From Paragordius varius (lineage: Eukaryota > Animalia > Nematomorpha), in assembly GCA_964247055.1 (NCBI GenBank), contig OZ176050.1:6758001-6822000 (forward strand): a stretch of 64,000 bases of DNA, read 5' to 3'. Numbering within the stretch: position 1 is the first letter of the stretch; every line of letters begins with the position of its first letter. The notes under the pieces were generated by a model. The model searched no databases and was not told the DNA's origin. It saw only the letters and a program-made list of their open reading frames with translations. Made by a program: the position numbers and the translations under genes. This document shows positions 25,241 through 38,300 of this stretch, piece by piece.

Positions 25241-28200
25241 TTAATTTCGTTTTCGTTTACGGAATATGTGTAAGTGTTGTGATGAAGTTGCTACAATAGT
25301 ATGGCCTTCACCCGTTTCTGCATTATGATGAAGGGTGTCACATGAGGTTATGTCTAATATTGGGTGCGTGAGAGGAATGAGTTTATAAGCCATTCTGCCA
25401 GTTTGTGCATTCCAAACCCATATCTAACGAAAGTTAAATGTAATTTTATGCCGTTAAAGTATTTTTTAAATATGTATGATTGAAAAAATATCACAGTGAC
25501 ATATATGAAATAATAAATATTAAATGTATCCGATGAAGCCTAAAAAATTTTAACTGCCAAATACCAATTAAGTAATTTGGGGGATTGCAATCGCGATTAC
25601 TTTTAAATTGACTTCTATAAAAACAATACCCAATAACGAAATCTTTATTAGTTTTTAGATAAAAAAATATGCATTTTTAAAGACTAAATATTTTATCAAA
25701 CAAATTATACACCTTTACACACGAATAAGCCAAAATTTTGAAAAATAAAATTTATCTCTATACTTGTTTATGTTCTTCATTTCCAGCACATAAATGTAAA
25801 CCATCGTTAGACAGTGATGATGCTGAAATATGAGATTTCGGACTTAAATATAAATGACTCTTCGTAATTAATGTGTTAACAGTTCCTCCTATACCATATA
25901 AAAAGATATTGTCGAGTGAAATTCTATGGTAAAAAATATATTTAATCATATTACTTCTAAAACTTTTTATTAAATTTTCGATTTAAAACTAAAAGATTAG
26001 GCTAAATTGTCTTTTTCGTAAAAAATTATTTATTTTTAACCACAAATAAACATAGCATATTATGTATTTGTTTTAAGAAAAAAATTATTTTACATTGGTA
26101 TTTTTATATTTTATATAAAAATCTATATGGTATTAATTAAGAGTATGCTTATGATCTAATAAATTAACACAATATATAATGGCACAATTTTAGTTTAGAT
26201 TATAAATAACTTTTTCAACAAATAAACTCTTGTAATTATCCACAGATGTGGTAGTTAATATATATTAATGACTATGCTAACGAAACACAAAATAACTTTT
26301 ATAAATAAATTAAAAAAACTGTCTAAAAAAATAAGTTTATACCTTGAAAAGTGTTTATAACGTTACAATCTAGGCAAGAAGAGACGGAGTTATTGACCAA
26401 ATCATCATTGTTAAGAGGATTTAAAACATCTGATTTGTTTAAAGTGCTCTGCAATAAAGCTGAATCAAGAGTCTCTGGATTAGGTAATGTCATTAACTAT
26501 AAAGTTGTAGAAATATACCAATTAAGAAATGGTGTAATTACCTAAATACATAAATTTTAATATTATTCAAATATATTTTTTATTTTAATTCTGCACTTTT
26601 ATAAATATTTAACCGATTAACGTTGGTTATTTTTCAAAAAATTTAACATTGAATACAAACAACAATTATAAACAACAATATAACTAAAAGTATGTTTTAT
26701 ATAATTTAATTTATAGAATAAACTTGATATCGAGAATTCTTGAATTGTGCCGATGGTCTATGAGAGATAGCAATATGATTAGTTGATAATTCGCATTTAA
26801 TATCAACGATATTTGCTAAAAATTGACAAACTAGCATTAATTTTTTGTCATAATTATTTTTTGCATTTCCATATAAAAATAACATAAAACATGTATTATC
26901 AATTAAAAATTTCAAAATATAAAGATTCTCGAAACTTAAAAAAATTAATCATTTTGGGTTCTATATGGTTTATAAATTTTTAAAAAAAATACCATATGTG
27001 TTAAGCTGCACGGGTGTAAAGGTATCATTTGAGTTATGGTGAATGTAGTAACATTTGTCCAATTGACCAACTAAAATACCATGATTACTTTGGCTAAGTA
27101 AAATTAAAATTCTTAATAGATAATAATAGGTATCAATCTAAGTTTATGCTTTTTTCATCTTAAAACTATTATATACAAAAATTGTGGCAACATAATAATT
27201 TTTTTACATATAACATAAAAATCATCAAAGTAATATCAATTAAAACATGGTTTAAAAAAAATATGTTAAACAAACATTTATTATTTGTTTGAGAATAATA
27301 TGCTGTCCAGATTTAATTTTAAGTGCATAATTTATTACTCAACTCCAGGGGTGGTTTGCGATTCCGTCTCAACATAAGCCATAGAAACAATGGGGGATTT
27401 GGAAACGGATTGGCAATAATCAAATGCAAGGACATGCGAATTTAAATTGCGAATATCATATAAATGCAACATGCCATTACTTGAGCCTGTATAAAATTGA
27501 TTGGGATTATTAAAGTTCCACGCACAACTCCAAGCAGGTTGAGCACTTTCGAATCTTCAATATCGCAATACAAGATATAAAAATATTTATGGTGGTTAAT
27601 AAAGGAATTTCATACGATTTTTATAATACAAAAAGAATGGACCTTGTATTTAAAATTGGAAAAAATAGATGTTTCTCGAATCGTTTTTGGTTCCAAAACG
27701 ATTCAAAAAGCAGGTTGGCTATTCAATTTAATAATTTAATAAAATCAAAAAATAATTACAAACCGGGGTTCCCGAACAAACGGTCCCAAAAAAGCAAGTT
27801 GCATCCAATTTGATTAATAAAAATCCATATATTATTATCTACATTTTTTTAAATAATAATTTTTTGTTAGTTTAAAAGCGCTGTTTCATAAAAACCCTTG
27901 GGGATTTTGGTATATACAGCAAGTAAAAAAAATATCGCGCATGGCTATGATAGGCATATGTTTTTAAATGATGTGAAATGGATAAATTTGTAATTAAAAA
28001 CTAAAATAAAATTAATGTATGCATATATTTTATTATAAACTAGGAGAGTGTTAAGTATAACTTTAGGAGGGTCATATTGCTTCGTATGCTTGTTAAATGA
28101 ATCCCACGATCTAAACTCACAGATAAAAGGAGTGTTTCGTTGTGAGGAAATGGTAAAGATTCAACATTATTTTGATCTGCATTAAAGTGATTATATTGCG

Positions 28201-29611
28201 TATTAAAGCACATATCTTTGATTGGTTTGGCATGTAAACCAATAAAGTCTCCTCGTGTAAACTCAACGGCATCAATCTGTACAATAAAAAATTATCGATA
28301 ACAATATATATTATGTCAATTTTTTATTAATAAATGGCAAAATTGAATGTTTTTTAAGAGAAAAAGAGTGTTATAATATATTGGACCAACATTACCACAT
28401 TTAATATGTATAAATAAATAATCCATATTTATGTATGACATTTAACAAGTATCTCGACTTTGGGTAAATATATGCCCTTGCTAACCAACTCTGTGTCAGT
28501 TGTATAGATAGATATCCTTTAGGTAAACATTAATCCGCAGACCACACCGCTCTCAGCGGTGCAGTTTATAGCTTCATCTTAATAACTTGCAGGCGCAGAT
28601 CGAACACCTCTATTATAATTCATGGGTTAAGATCAGTTTTTACATCAAAGCAAAGCCATAATTTTAAAGGCAAATATTAATTAGAACATCATTATAGCGG
28701 ATATGGAATTGGTTAGTAAATGCATAACTTTATTAGAAGCCAAGGTCTTACCCTCTCCTATACCTATAAATTAATATAAAGGCTGCTGAAAGTCGATGAA
28801 CACATGTAAGTAGTATAGCTGATATTTAGAAATCAACAAAATAATATAAATTTAATATGAATATAATGTGTAAAATTGTATTTATTATAAATTTAAAATA
28901 ATAAAACCAAAATGTGTACCTTTTTTACACCATATCTAGGAAATAATGAGGAATCCATTCCTGTAGAAACAGCGAGAATGTTGGTTATTTTATCAAAACA
29001 AACAAGTCTTGCCGATTGATCTTTGCTAACCTCTATACATTGTTCCAAATTGTAATAAAATTGATTATCTACGTCAGTTACGCAATTCGCTGATGCTAGG
29101 CTTTCCAATTTCTTTTGATAAAATGTAATTTTACCAAGGAGAAAATCATATTCCTAAATTCAACATTCAGATATTTTACTCTACGGGCCATTTCCAATTG
29201 GAATCGGGTTTCATTTAACTTTGATTCAGTTTTTATCCTTAAATCTTTTTCTCTTTCGGCTAAATTAAGGGCCTTATCTCTCTCTACTGTATCAAGCACT
29301 CTTAATACACGTGCGTACAAAATGCGAATATCTTTTATTTTGGCATGGTGATTACACTGAGGGCATTTATCAGACTCTTTTAACCATCTTTTGATACAAT
29401 TTAATCCAAAGAGATGACCACATCGAAGGCAACACAGGCGATGATCACCATAATTTGCAAAAGAATCAAAACATATGGCACAATTCTAAAATTATGTTGT
29501 TAAATACTTCTTCATCGCATGTTAGGCTTACATTTTTGGTTAATAATTTTGAAGGGCTTTGTTCTATATGATAATTTAAATATAAATGCCTGAAGAAGGT
29601 TCCTCTGTCAT
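25241..29611 (-). CDS. RFWD3: E3 ubiquitin ligase RFWD3 (RING, coiled coil, WD40)
   Basis: Exons 29611-29590 (tentative), 29563-29508, 29485-29180, 29153-28920, 28276-28062, 27554-27339, 27093-26993, 26815-26724, 26496-26343, 25888-25764 and 25423-25241. RING CAICFDSFANYGDHRLCCLRCGHLFGLNCIKRWL...KCPQCN, then LYARVLRVLDT, LLSVSLD, PAWSCAW and TLITKS. The start codon is uncertain. Confidence 0.92.
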
Positions 29612-29967
29612 TTCCAATACAGTGATATATTTACACAGATGATTAACATCTTAGAGTAAGGAATTCAAATTTTTAAAGATATGAAATTAAACTAGAAATT
29701 AGTTGTATAATTTTTAATAATAAACCGTCATTATTAATTATTAATGGATAGAAAGAAGCAAAGTAATGTCTTATATGGTTAAAGGCCAAATTATTACAAT
29801 AGTTAGTGGTAAACTACGCGCTATTTCAAATAAAATATATAAAAACATTAATTATCAAAAGTTAATAATGAATATTGATTAAAAACTTTGGAAATTTTTG
29901 CTTGATCGGAAAAAATGAAAGATATTTTTGTGTAAAAATGGTTCATGAATTTTAAAAAAAATACATT

Positions 29968-30110
29968 AAAAAGGGTGTAGGGGACCACGTCGACACTGTC
30001 CACAGACTTGTTGACCTTCCATGCACCAGTGAATGACAGCCACCTAATTGTGTCCGGGGTTGGTTTCACTTTTATTGATATAATGATACGTTATAAATAT
30101 ATGTATGTAA
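29968..30110. repeat. Unclassified dispersed repeat, copy C
   Basis: AAGGGTGT...CACTGTCCAC...CCTTCCATGCACCAG...TGACAGCCACCTAATTG...GGGGTTGG followed by ATATAATGATA, as in copies A and D. Confidence 0.55.
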
Positions 30111-31587
30111 ATTAAATAAAGAAAATTTGGCACAAACTAGTTTTGTTTTATAAGTAAAACGTCTTATCTGCTATATTTTACTAATAATTCTATCATGGTA
30201 ATAACTTTTTTTAAAGTATAACTAGGGTGACCAGGTTTTTTGAAGGAAAAGCAAGACAAATCTGAGAAAGGGGGGTTACAACCAAAAATTTTTATGCAAA
30301 AAATTTATTATAAATATAAAAAACATTTTATTCTTTGGTATATTTTTTATTTGAATGAATGTGTTTTAGCTTTGTCATCATTTATTAAAATATTGTAGAA
30401 GTCTTCGCAAGGCCTTTATAGTTTCAACATTTAAAATTGATTTTTCCGATGTCCACGCCTGATTTACAGTGAAAAAAAACGCGCTCACTAGCAGCGTTGG
30501 TTCTAGTTAAAGTTAGTGCAAATTCCACAATTTTTAAAATATTATTGTATGGAACATAGTTTGTTTCAAAATGATGAAATATTTCTAACCATTTCTTTTC
30601 TACTGTATTTTCTGTTGTCCATAATTTAAGTTTTTCATTATTAATATATTTTTTAACTAATGATACTTCAGAAAAAAGATCATTTTCTGATTACTTTTTG
30701 GGAATTTTTGAGAGATGCAGATGTAATCAAACATTTTAAACATCGCACCAATTAAATTCTGGTTTTAATGTTATCCAATGAAAATGATCAATTTCATTGA
30801 ATTGCACAGTCCAGTCTTCCAAAAAATCTTTACAGTTTGTATAAAACATTTTTATATGGTACAGGATATCTTGGCGATTTTTAAACCTTGTTTTTCTAAA
30901 CTATTTATAATACTGCGGATTAATGGTATAAAATTATTTTCTAACCTTTCTTGACATTGGATATTAGGTTATTAACTTCATTGGCTACTTCGATTGCCGA
31001 AATTTTGTCACTTTCTATTAATTTAAAATCCTATTGAAAGAGAGCAGCTTGATTATGTAGAAACTCTAACCATATTTTTGAAGAATCACTTTCAAAAAAA
31101 ATTTCCAAAGTTGTAGGACATTTGTCCTGTGACAAAAAATAGGATTTTAAAAGATCATACATTTTTAAAATTCTTTCGATACCTGGCAGAAGAGCTAACC
31201 AACGAAATTTACAATATCCAAGCATTTTTTAATATTGATCTGCATTTTCACAGAATTCCTAAAGCAAAGCGTACCGTGTATATATAAAAATAGGAATATA
31301 TTTTAACAACTATATTTTCCACATCTAGGGGTAACAAATCAGCACCTGTTTGAATAGCGTTGTGTATAATATGCGCTGCACACCCAACGTCAATAATGTT
31401 TTGATTAAGAGTATCTGCTAATTAATAAAAAATATTTTTTGTTCCCATCCTTGCTTTTCCACCGAAGTTCGTATTGGTGTTGTCGCAATATGCGATAATT
31501 TTGTCTTTTAAATTATTTTTTTCTAAAAATTATGTCAGAATTTTCACCGAGTAGAAAAATAAAATCTAAAATTTTAATTATTACGCC

Positions 31588-31890
31588 GGTATCAAGGTGT
31601 ATCAAGAAAAGGGTGTGGCAGACCCAAGTTGCCACTGTCCACAAAAGACGTCCCTTGCTGCCCTTCCATACACCATTCAATGGTAGTCCAGTGACAGCCG
31701 TCTAGTTGCGTCGGGGGTTGGGTTGACTTCGAAGAATATAATGATAAGATTTATATATAGACATGTATAAAATTAAATGAAGATATATTTAGCATTTACA
31801 GATAAATATCTCCTATCAACTATATCCTTAATTCTATACTAATGTTTAATAGATCTAATTTATAAATATTTTAGTATAGTTTAACTAAAT
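31588..31890. repeat. Unclassified dispersed repeat, copy D, inserted in the hAT
   Basis: Same core as 4740-4980; homology extends to AGTTTAACTAA in both copies. Confidence 0.6.
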
Positions 31891-32220
31891 GATTTATTAT
31901 ACGTAACAGTATTTATATTGTTTAATACTATTTTATAAACCAAAAATTAACTTTAAACCCTATGTGCTAGTGGTGTGTATTTCCGTTTTTAATCCATAGG
32001 TTGTGTTTTATAGTTCATAAATTCCAGTTGGTATTCATAAAATATTTGATACTTAAATCAATTTCCTTTCATAGGATTAACATTTATAGATTAATAAAAT
32101 TCAATTTTTATATTAATCAATCTCTTAATAAAATAACTTCTTCCCTTTGTAATATCCTATTATACCGCATTCGTTATCTTTAATCTATAAATTCCAGTTG
32201 TTATTTCCCTTTATAATATA

Positions 32221-32402
32221 CAGTAGCGTATGCAGTAAAAGATTGTTATTGCAAAATAATCTTAATGAACACAAAACAGGGGGATATTATGGATATGTTT
32301 ATAAATAGGACTGAATGATAATTAATATATGAAAATTGTCCCCCTGTTTAGTGTTCATTAAAATTATTTTGCACTAACAATCTTTTACTGCATACGCTAC
32401 TG
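32221..32402. mobile_element. 182-bp Tc1/mariner-type MITE
   Basis: TA|CAGTAGCGTATGCAGTAAAAGATTGTTA... ~60-bp near-perfect TIRs ...CATACGCTACTG|TA. Confidence 0.9.
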
Positions 32403-32491
32403 TAATGACATTTACGCCGTATTAAAACATTTTTTAATATCTACTTATATCAACAGTAAAAATGGGTAAAAACCAACATTTTTTTCCCATA

Positions 32492-32673
32492 CAGTAGCGT
32501 ATGCAGTAAAAGATTGTTAGTGCAAAATAATCTTAATGAACACAAAACAGGGGGACAATTTTCATATATTAATTATCATTCAGTCCTATTTATAAACATA
32601 TCCATAATATGCCCCTGTTTTGTGTTCATTAAGATTATTTTGCACTAACAATCTTTTACTGCATACGCTACTG
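32492..32673. mobile_element. 182-bp Tc1/mariner-type MITE, second copy in opposite orientation
   Basis: Same TIRs and TA flanks; the internal segment is the reverse complement of that in 32221-32402. Confidence 0.9.
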
Positions 32674-34139
32674 TAGATAATAGAGGCATAAAATCTAATT
32701 AGGTCATTTAAAATTAGAAGTTCTTAAGGTAAAATAAGAATAAATGCTTATCTCTAAGTTAAGCAGGGTAGATCAAGAGGGACTACGTTCAGCTTGGTCG
32801 TAGCAACGAAACGTAAACTTTCCCGTGCCTGTGTCAATCTTTCCTCCTATGCGACTACAGCGGCACGCCCCTCAACGCTCCTATCATTATGCTAAAAAGC
32901 AAAGGCATACAAATGGAGAGCCTATTCCGGATCAAAATATCTTATTAAAGTGGGAAATAATTTTGTTTCCTTATGATTTGATGCATCAGAGTATAGCGAT
33001 ATGATATTAATTTTCTGCAAATCTTTTTTTATTTCAGAAAATGCATGTGGCGAAAGAACATTGCATACAATGGCTTCAGCCTTTGTACGGGCACATGTAA
33101 ATTTTTATTGAATAAGGTACGATTAACCTGTGAGGTACAATCCATATATCTAAAAGAATGATTGTGATTAACGGCGTGAAAAGATAAAACGCCTTCGGCT
33201 AGTGCCAAATTCTTTTCTTCTTCGCCAAAAGCGGTTTTTCGATATAAATCGCTCATTTTATAAGATGCCGCCATATTAACTTTTTATGTTTCTGTGTTTC
33301 CATATGCTTGGTAATATAATGCTTGCCGCCATGTGCTAGGGTAAATTCCCCCTCGCATAAAGAACATTTAACAAATGATTCATTCCTCGTTTTTTTGATA
33401 AAAGAAAATTCTTTCATTAATTCATCGTTGAATTTACAACCTCTTATTGTACTCATATTTTTAAACTAATATTAGTATTAAAAAATATTATATTACCTTA
33501 ATTTTTTGAAGTAAACGTATAAGCTACCGATTTTGGTATAAATTTGTCTTTTTGATAATGTTGGCAGTAGGAGTAGGAAGAAAAGTGTGTATAATTATAT
33601 GATTTGAATTCGAAAAAAATTAATATTTTTAAATTGATATAGATTCTAAAGATAACTAATGATAATAAAATTTAAACGGATTAAAAAAATAAATTTTTTA
33701 TAAAAAATTTAAATGTATTGAAAATTTTTTTTTTAAATAATCGTGAAAAAGCGGAACATTTCAAAAACGTAGCGGGATGCGGGCCAAAGTGTGGAAAAGC
33801 GGGACGTCTGGTCACCCTAAGTATAACGTATCATATATTTATTATAATCTAAATTAATTTAACCGATTATATGCATATTTATCATATTATTAGTAAATTT
33901 ATTTTGGTCAATACGATTTTTTAAAGCATTATCTTTGAGTAGTGTGTCTTCTGTTATTGGTATCGTCTGAATTTCCGTTTTTTTATGCACATTATAAATT
34001 CCATAAGATGCCACTTTTATATTTTTATTTCTGATATTAATTAACTCATAAAATTTATACATCAAAACTTTTTTATGGGATCTTGTTAACAGCCGCACAC
34101 GTCATTATCACATTTAATATTTTTTATAGTATAAATTCC

Positions 34140-34620
34140 GACTGCATTTTTCGAAACGGTGTTAAAACGCTTTAAGATATCATAAAAGCACTTTTTCTAG
34201 GTATGAAGTGAGCTTCAACAAAATTTTTCTAATTTGAAAAAAGTGTACATTATCTAAAATATATTTTAGTTGCTACCAAAATTAGCATATATTAAAAAAT
34301 GTTATCGAGCAATCTCGGCATATTTGCGTTTATTTTAAGAGAACCAGCCCATTTTAAAAGATCGAAAAATTAGGGACTTTCGGAGCCCACATCTTAAATT
34401 AAATTTTTAAAAAAATATTATTTTGCTTTTTATATGTAGTTTATGACATATTTTCGCCTTTTTGGATTGAAGCCTTAAGATGTCACCAAAAAAAAATTTC
34501 TCAAAAATATGTGCGATTTTGCCATTTATGGAGCATTTACCACAAAAGTGTAAATAACTTTCTTAAATCACTCGTAGGGGCTAAAACCAAAACCATGATA
34601 TTCCAGATCGATTAATCAGA
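34140..34620. repeat. Degenerate dispersed repeat, unclassified
   Basis: Shares motifs, direct or reverse-complemented, with ~41160-41620 and ~43470-43870: GGGA(C/T)TTTCGGAGCCC, ATGGAGC..TTACCACAAAAGTG and AAACGGT.T.AAAACGCTTTA.GATAT. Confidence 0.5.
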
Positions 34621-35371
34621 ATATATCTATTTTATCAGATAATTTTTTTTATACTTCCCGATTTTTGACGAAATGTAATAAAAGGAGTAGAGCTATCCAA
34701 AAATCGTGTCTTAAAAAAATTTCTGGAAAAAATCTGGCATATGAATTAATTATGCCCATACTTTATTAAGCTCCTGGGTTTGGCCATACATTTAAATTGG
34801 AATATTTTTAAAAATTTATTATTAAAAACCTAACTCTAAAGCCATTATCTCGAAAACGTAGACCATATTATTAAATGAATTATAGATAAATATTATAATC
34901 AAGCGCTCTTTTAATTACACTGGGCCCATAAATACCCTTTAAAAATCGATGTTTTGGAATAATGAGTGTACAGCCATTTAATTTAATTATAGAGCTTCAC
35001 ATTTCATTTATCATTGCGTCGATCACTTTTTCCCTCGAGGTTTTATACCCACTTTAAGTGAAAATAAATTGTAAAATTTAATATTCCTTGCAGTTTATAT
35101 GTTTATTCTATGATTATTTTTCAAACGTATTTATATAATTGGGCTATTAATGAAAAATGATAATTCCAAATAATAACCATTTTATCAAAAAAATGAGGGT
35201 GAAACCAAAGTTTTATAAAAAAAATTAAATCAAAATTCTTTCGCCCTGTAAATCGTAATCCAAGGAGTGAATGACACGGATATACTATTACCTTCTCTCT
35301 TTACTATAATTAAAAAAGGGTTAAATTTATTTCTTCATAATCAAAAATGTTCATTGAATAATAAATTTATT

Positions 35372-38300
35372 TTAAATATCATACATTATATTATTTATAT
35401 ATTCTTGGAGATCCATTACAATGTAATTATTGAGGAGCTTTTCTATTCCTTGGTCTTCTTCTAAAAGATATTATTTTGTTATTCAATTATACTAAATATT
35501 TTACATTCATATACGAAAAATTAAACGAAATTATAATAATGGGAAGTTTAATTATTGTTTTTCACCAATTCACAAAAAAATAGAAATAAAAATTAATTAA
35601 TATTAAATACATACATATAGATAATTACCTATAGATTTGTTATTAACATCTTGTTCGGTATTTAGCTGTGCAATAATATTATTTAGGTTCTCCAATAATT
35701 CCAGTATGATAGGTGAAGTCGATGGTTCGGTTGACAATTCCTAAAAATATATTTATAAAAATATATTAAGGAAAAAATATTATGGTTAAAGATTATAAAA
35801 TAAATTATAACGGTTAAATGTAAAATTAACATTCAATTTTTTTAATCACAATTTTTTATAGATAGGGAAATTCATTAATTAATAAAAATAATTTTTCTAC
35901 CAGCAATAATATTTTAATGGAAACAAGCGGGTGTCTTAGGCCGGGTAAACCCCATTTGAAGCAATTTTCCGATTTGAAAGTTTGAAGAGGCAGTTTAATT
36001 ATTTGTTTATCCGAGACACGACTTAAATGTGGTAAAGATAAAATTTTGCGTCCATATAATAGTGTATTTACAAAACATATGTAAGTTTTCAATATAGTGA
36101 ATGTTTGATAGAGGGCAATTTTATCATTTTTCTTAAAATGGTCTAGGAGAGTTTCCAAACATTCCACCATTTCGTAAAATATAATTTTATCTTCCTCAGT
36201 TTCAAACAATCTAAATTATTGAATTGAAAATTAAAATATATAGATTAGCCTTTTATGCAATAAAATTATTATATTTTTTATTGCAATATAAAAAAGATAA
36301 CAAAAGAATATTTTTGCAAAACTATAAAATAAATTGTTCAATGTAAATGTTAAAAAAAATTTATTAAAATTAATTAATTTTTTAACCTACTAAGTGGTGT
36401 TAATTATTTAAATATAAAAATCAAAAAAAGGCTAAATTTTTTAGTAAATATAAATATATGATATCATTTACCTCAACGTGAGTGCAAAAGTTAAATCATT
36501 AATTGATATGTAGCGTAAAAATGTGCTCCAAAGGTTTTGTAATATAACATTTTTTTCTGTATATGGTATGGTGTTTGATTGAATTTTTGAACGGATCGTC
36601 CAACTTAACATGCGCAAGTAACAATCAGCCATCGATTGAATAGGAAGGTTAACGTTCTACAAGGATTTAAAAAAATAATTTTAAGAAACTAACTTTTTAT
36701 ATTTTCCGCAATTATTATTTTTGGTTCAAAATTAGAAAAATAAAATATTAAAAACAGTTACCTTTTCCACCTCAGTGGTAAATAAAGCTTTCATTATTTC
36801 GGGACATGCGGGATCATTGGTTATCAAAAACTCAAGTAAAGATTGCCCTACTGTGACAACACTGGTCGGAAAATATTTGTGACTAGAACAATTTAAATAT
36901 TTTCATTATTTGAATAATTTATATTCTATAACAAGTAAAAGTAAATGTTATTTAATATTATAGCACAAACCTTGATAAATGAAACATATAAAGGGTGAAA
37001 TGCTTTATGGTTTTGCCAAAAGCAATTATTTTTGTAAAAAGTGCACTTTTCCGCGTCATCAAAGTGTCATTTATTAATATATTTTGGTAAACATATAAAA
37101 TAGTAGAGGTTGCTATTTTCTCATCAATGGGACAAAGCATATCAAATAATTTTATAATAGAGAGTTGCAGATTATCTGTTTAAAACAAATAAATATATGT
37201 GATAAATGTTGACTCAATAACAGTTCCAATAGAATTTTTATCATGTAAAAATTTACTATAATTTAGTGAAACTATAAAAGATTTTTTTTAATAAAATGGA
37301 GTAAAACAACTTTTTTAAAAAAACTTCATAGATATATAAAAGTAATATTATATTTAATAGAATTTGTGAACCAAAATACTATATGCAAAATATACCAATG
37401 TTAAAAGCAACATTCACAAGATTTTCAACAAAATTTTTATAATTATGGTTGGATAATATGGTTTCCGACAAAATATTTTTAGAGTCATGGATAATAGATT
37501 GTAAATAATTGGATTCTACCTAAAAAACAGAATAAATAATTAAAAATATATAGAATGTAGTCATTTAAATATAATTAAACCCATAAACAATTAATAGTTA
37601 CCTTGCAATTTTCCAAAATATCTTTATAAGGAAAATCACATTTCAACATTGTTTGTGGCAATAACCTAGTAAATGTTTCCAAATTATTTTTCAATTTTAT
37701 TTCCCCAATATCGAAGCTCTTTTCACCGATACTATTTATATATTCAAAAAATGTATTGATCAAAATTTCAAAAAGATGTGGTTGCAATTGATTGATCTTA
37801 CGACGAGTGAAGCAAACAAGGCTTTGAATAAGCTGGTCACACGATACCTATAATAGTGTAAAAAATATATTATAATTTTTTTAAATTGAACAGGTTCACT
37901 TTTAAATTAATTATTATGTATTTAATCTATATATCCTGTTTCAGAAAGCATGTATAATAAAATAACTTTAATGTCCGCAAAGGAACCAATCAAATCAAAT
38001 GTGTAAGTAATAAATCTTCGAATCTTATTGCCATCTTCACATTGTGTGCTTATATATTGACAAATTGAATGCCAAATCATACATATATATTTTGACATTT
38101 GGATTTGACAATCCGTTGTGTTCTGCCAAAAAAGTATTTATGAAATTAAATTATTATACAGGTTCTTGTCTTGTTTTAATGTCCATTTTCAAACTGCTAA
38201 TCTTATAAAAAGATTCTGATATTTGCATATAATCATCTAGTGGTAAATTTTTAATTGAATCACTTTCAAAGAGGTATGAAAGACTCTTTATAATAAGCAG

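Larger units (their letters stand above)
30223..33819 (-). mobile_element. hAT transposon (Blackjack-like termini) with a broken transposase and nested insertions
   Basis: TIR TAGGGTGACCAG / CTGGTCACCCTA with a perfect 8-bp TSD AGTATAAC (30215-30222 and 33820-33827). Minus-strand transposase pieces: BED-like finger CSLC...HGGKHYITKHMETQKH (33456-33253), AEGVLSFHAVNHNHSF, DNTNTNFGG, GCAAH and RWLALLP. Stops and frameshifts are present. Confidence 0.92.

Noticed and set aside
26351-26545. Plus-strand ORF containing ELLTKSSLL, resembling RFWD3 KLLTKNAIF
   Set aside because: It is the antisense shadow of a real minus-strand RFWD3 exon, and the true motif (TLITKS) is in the next exon.
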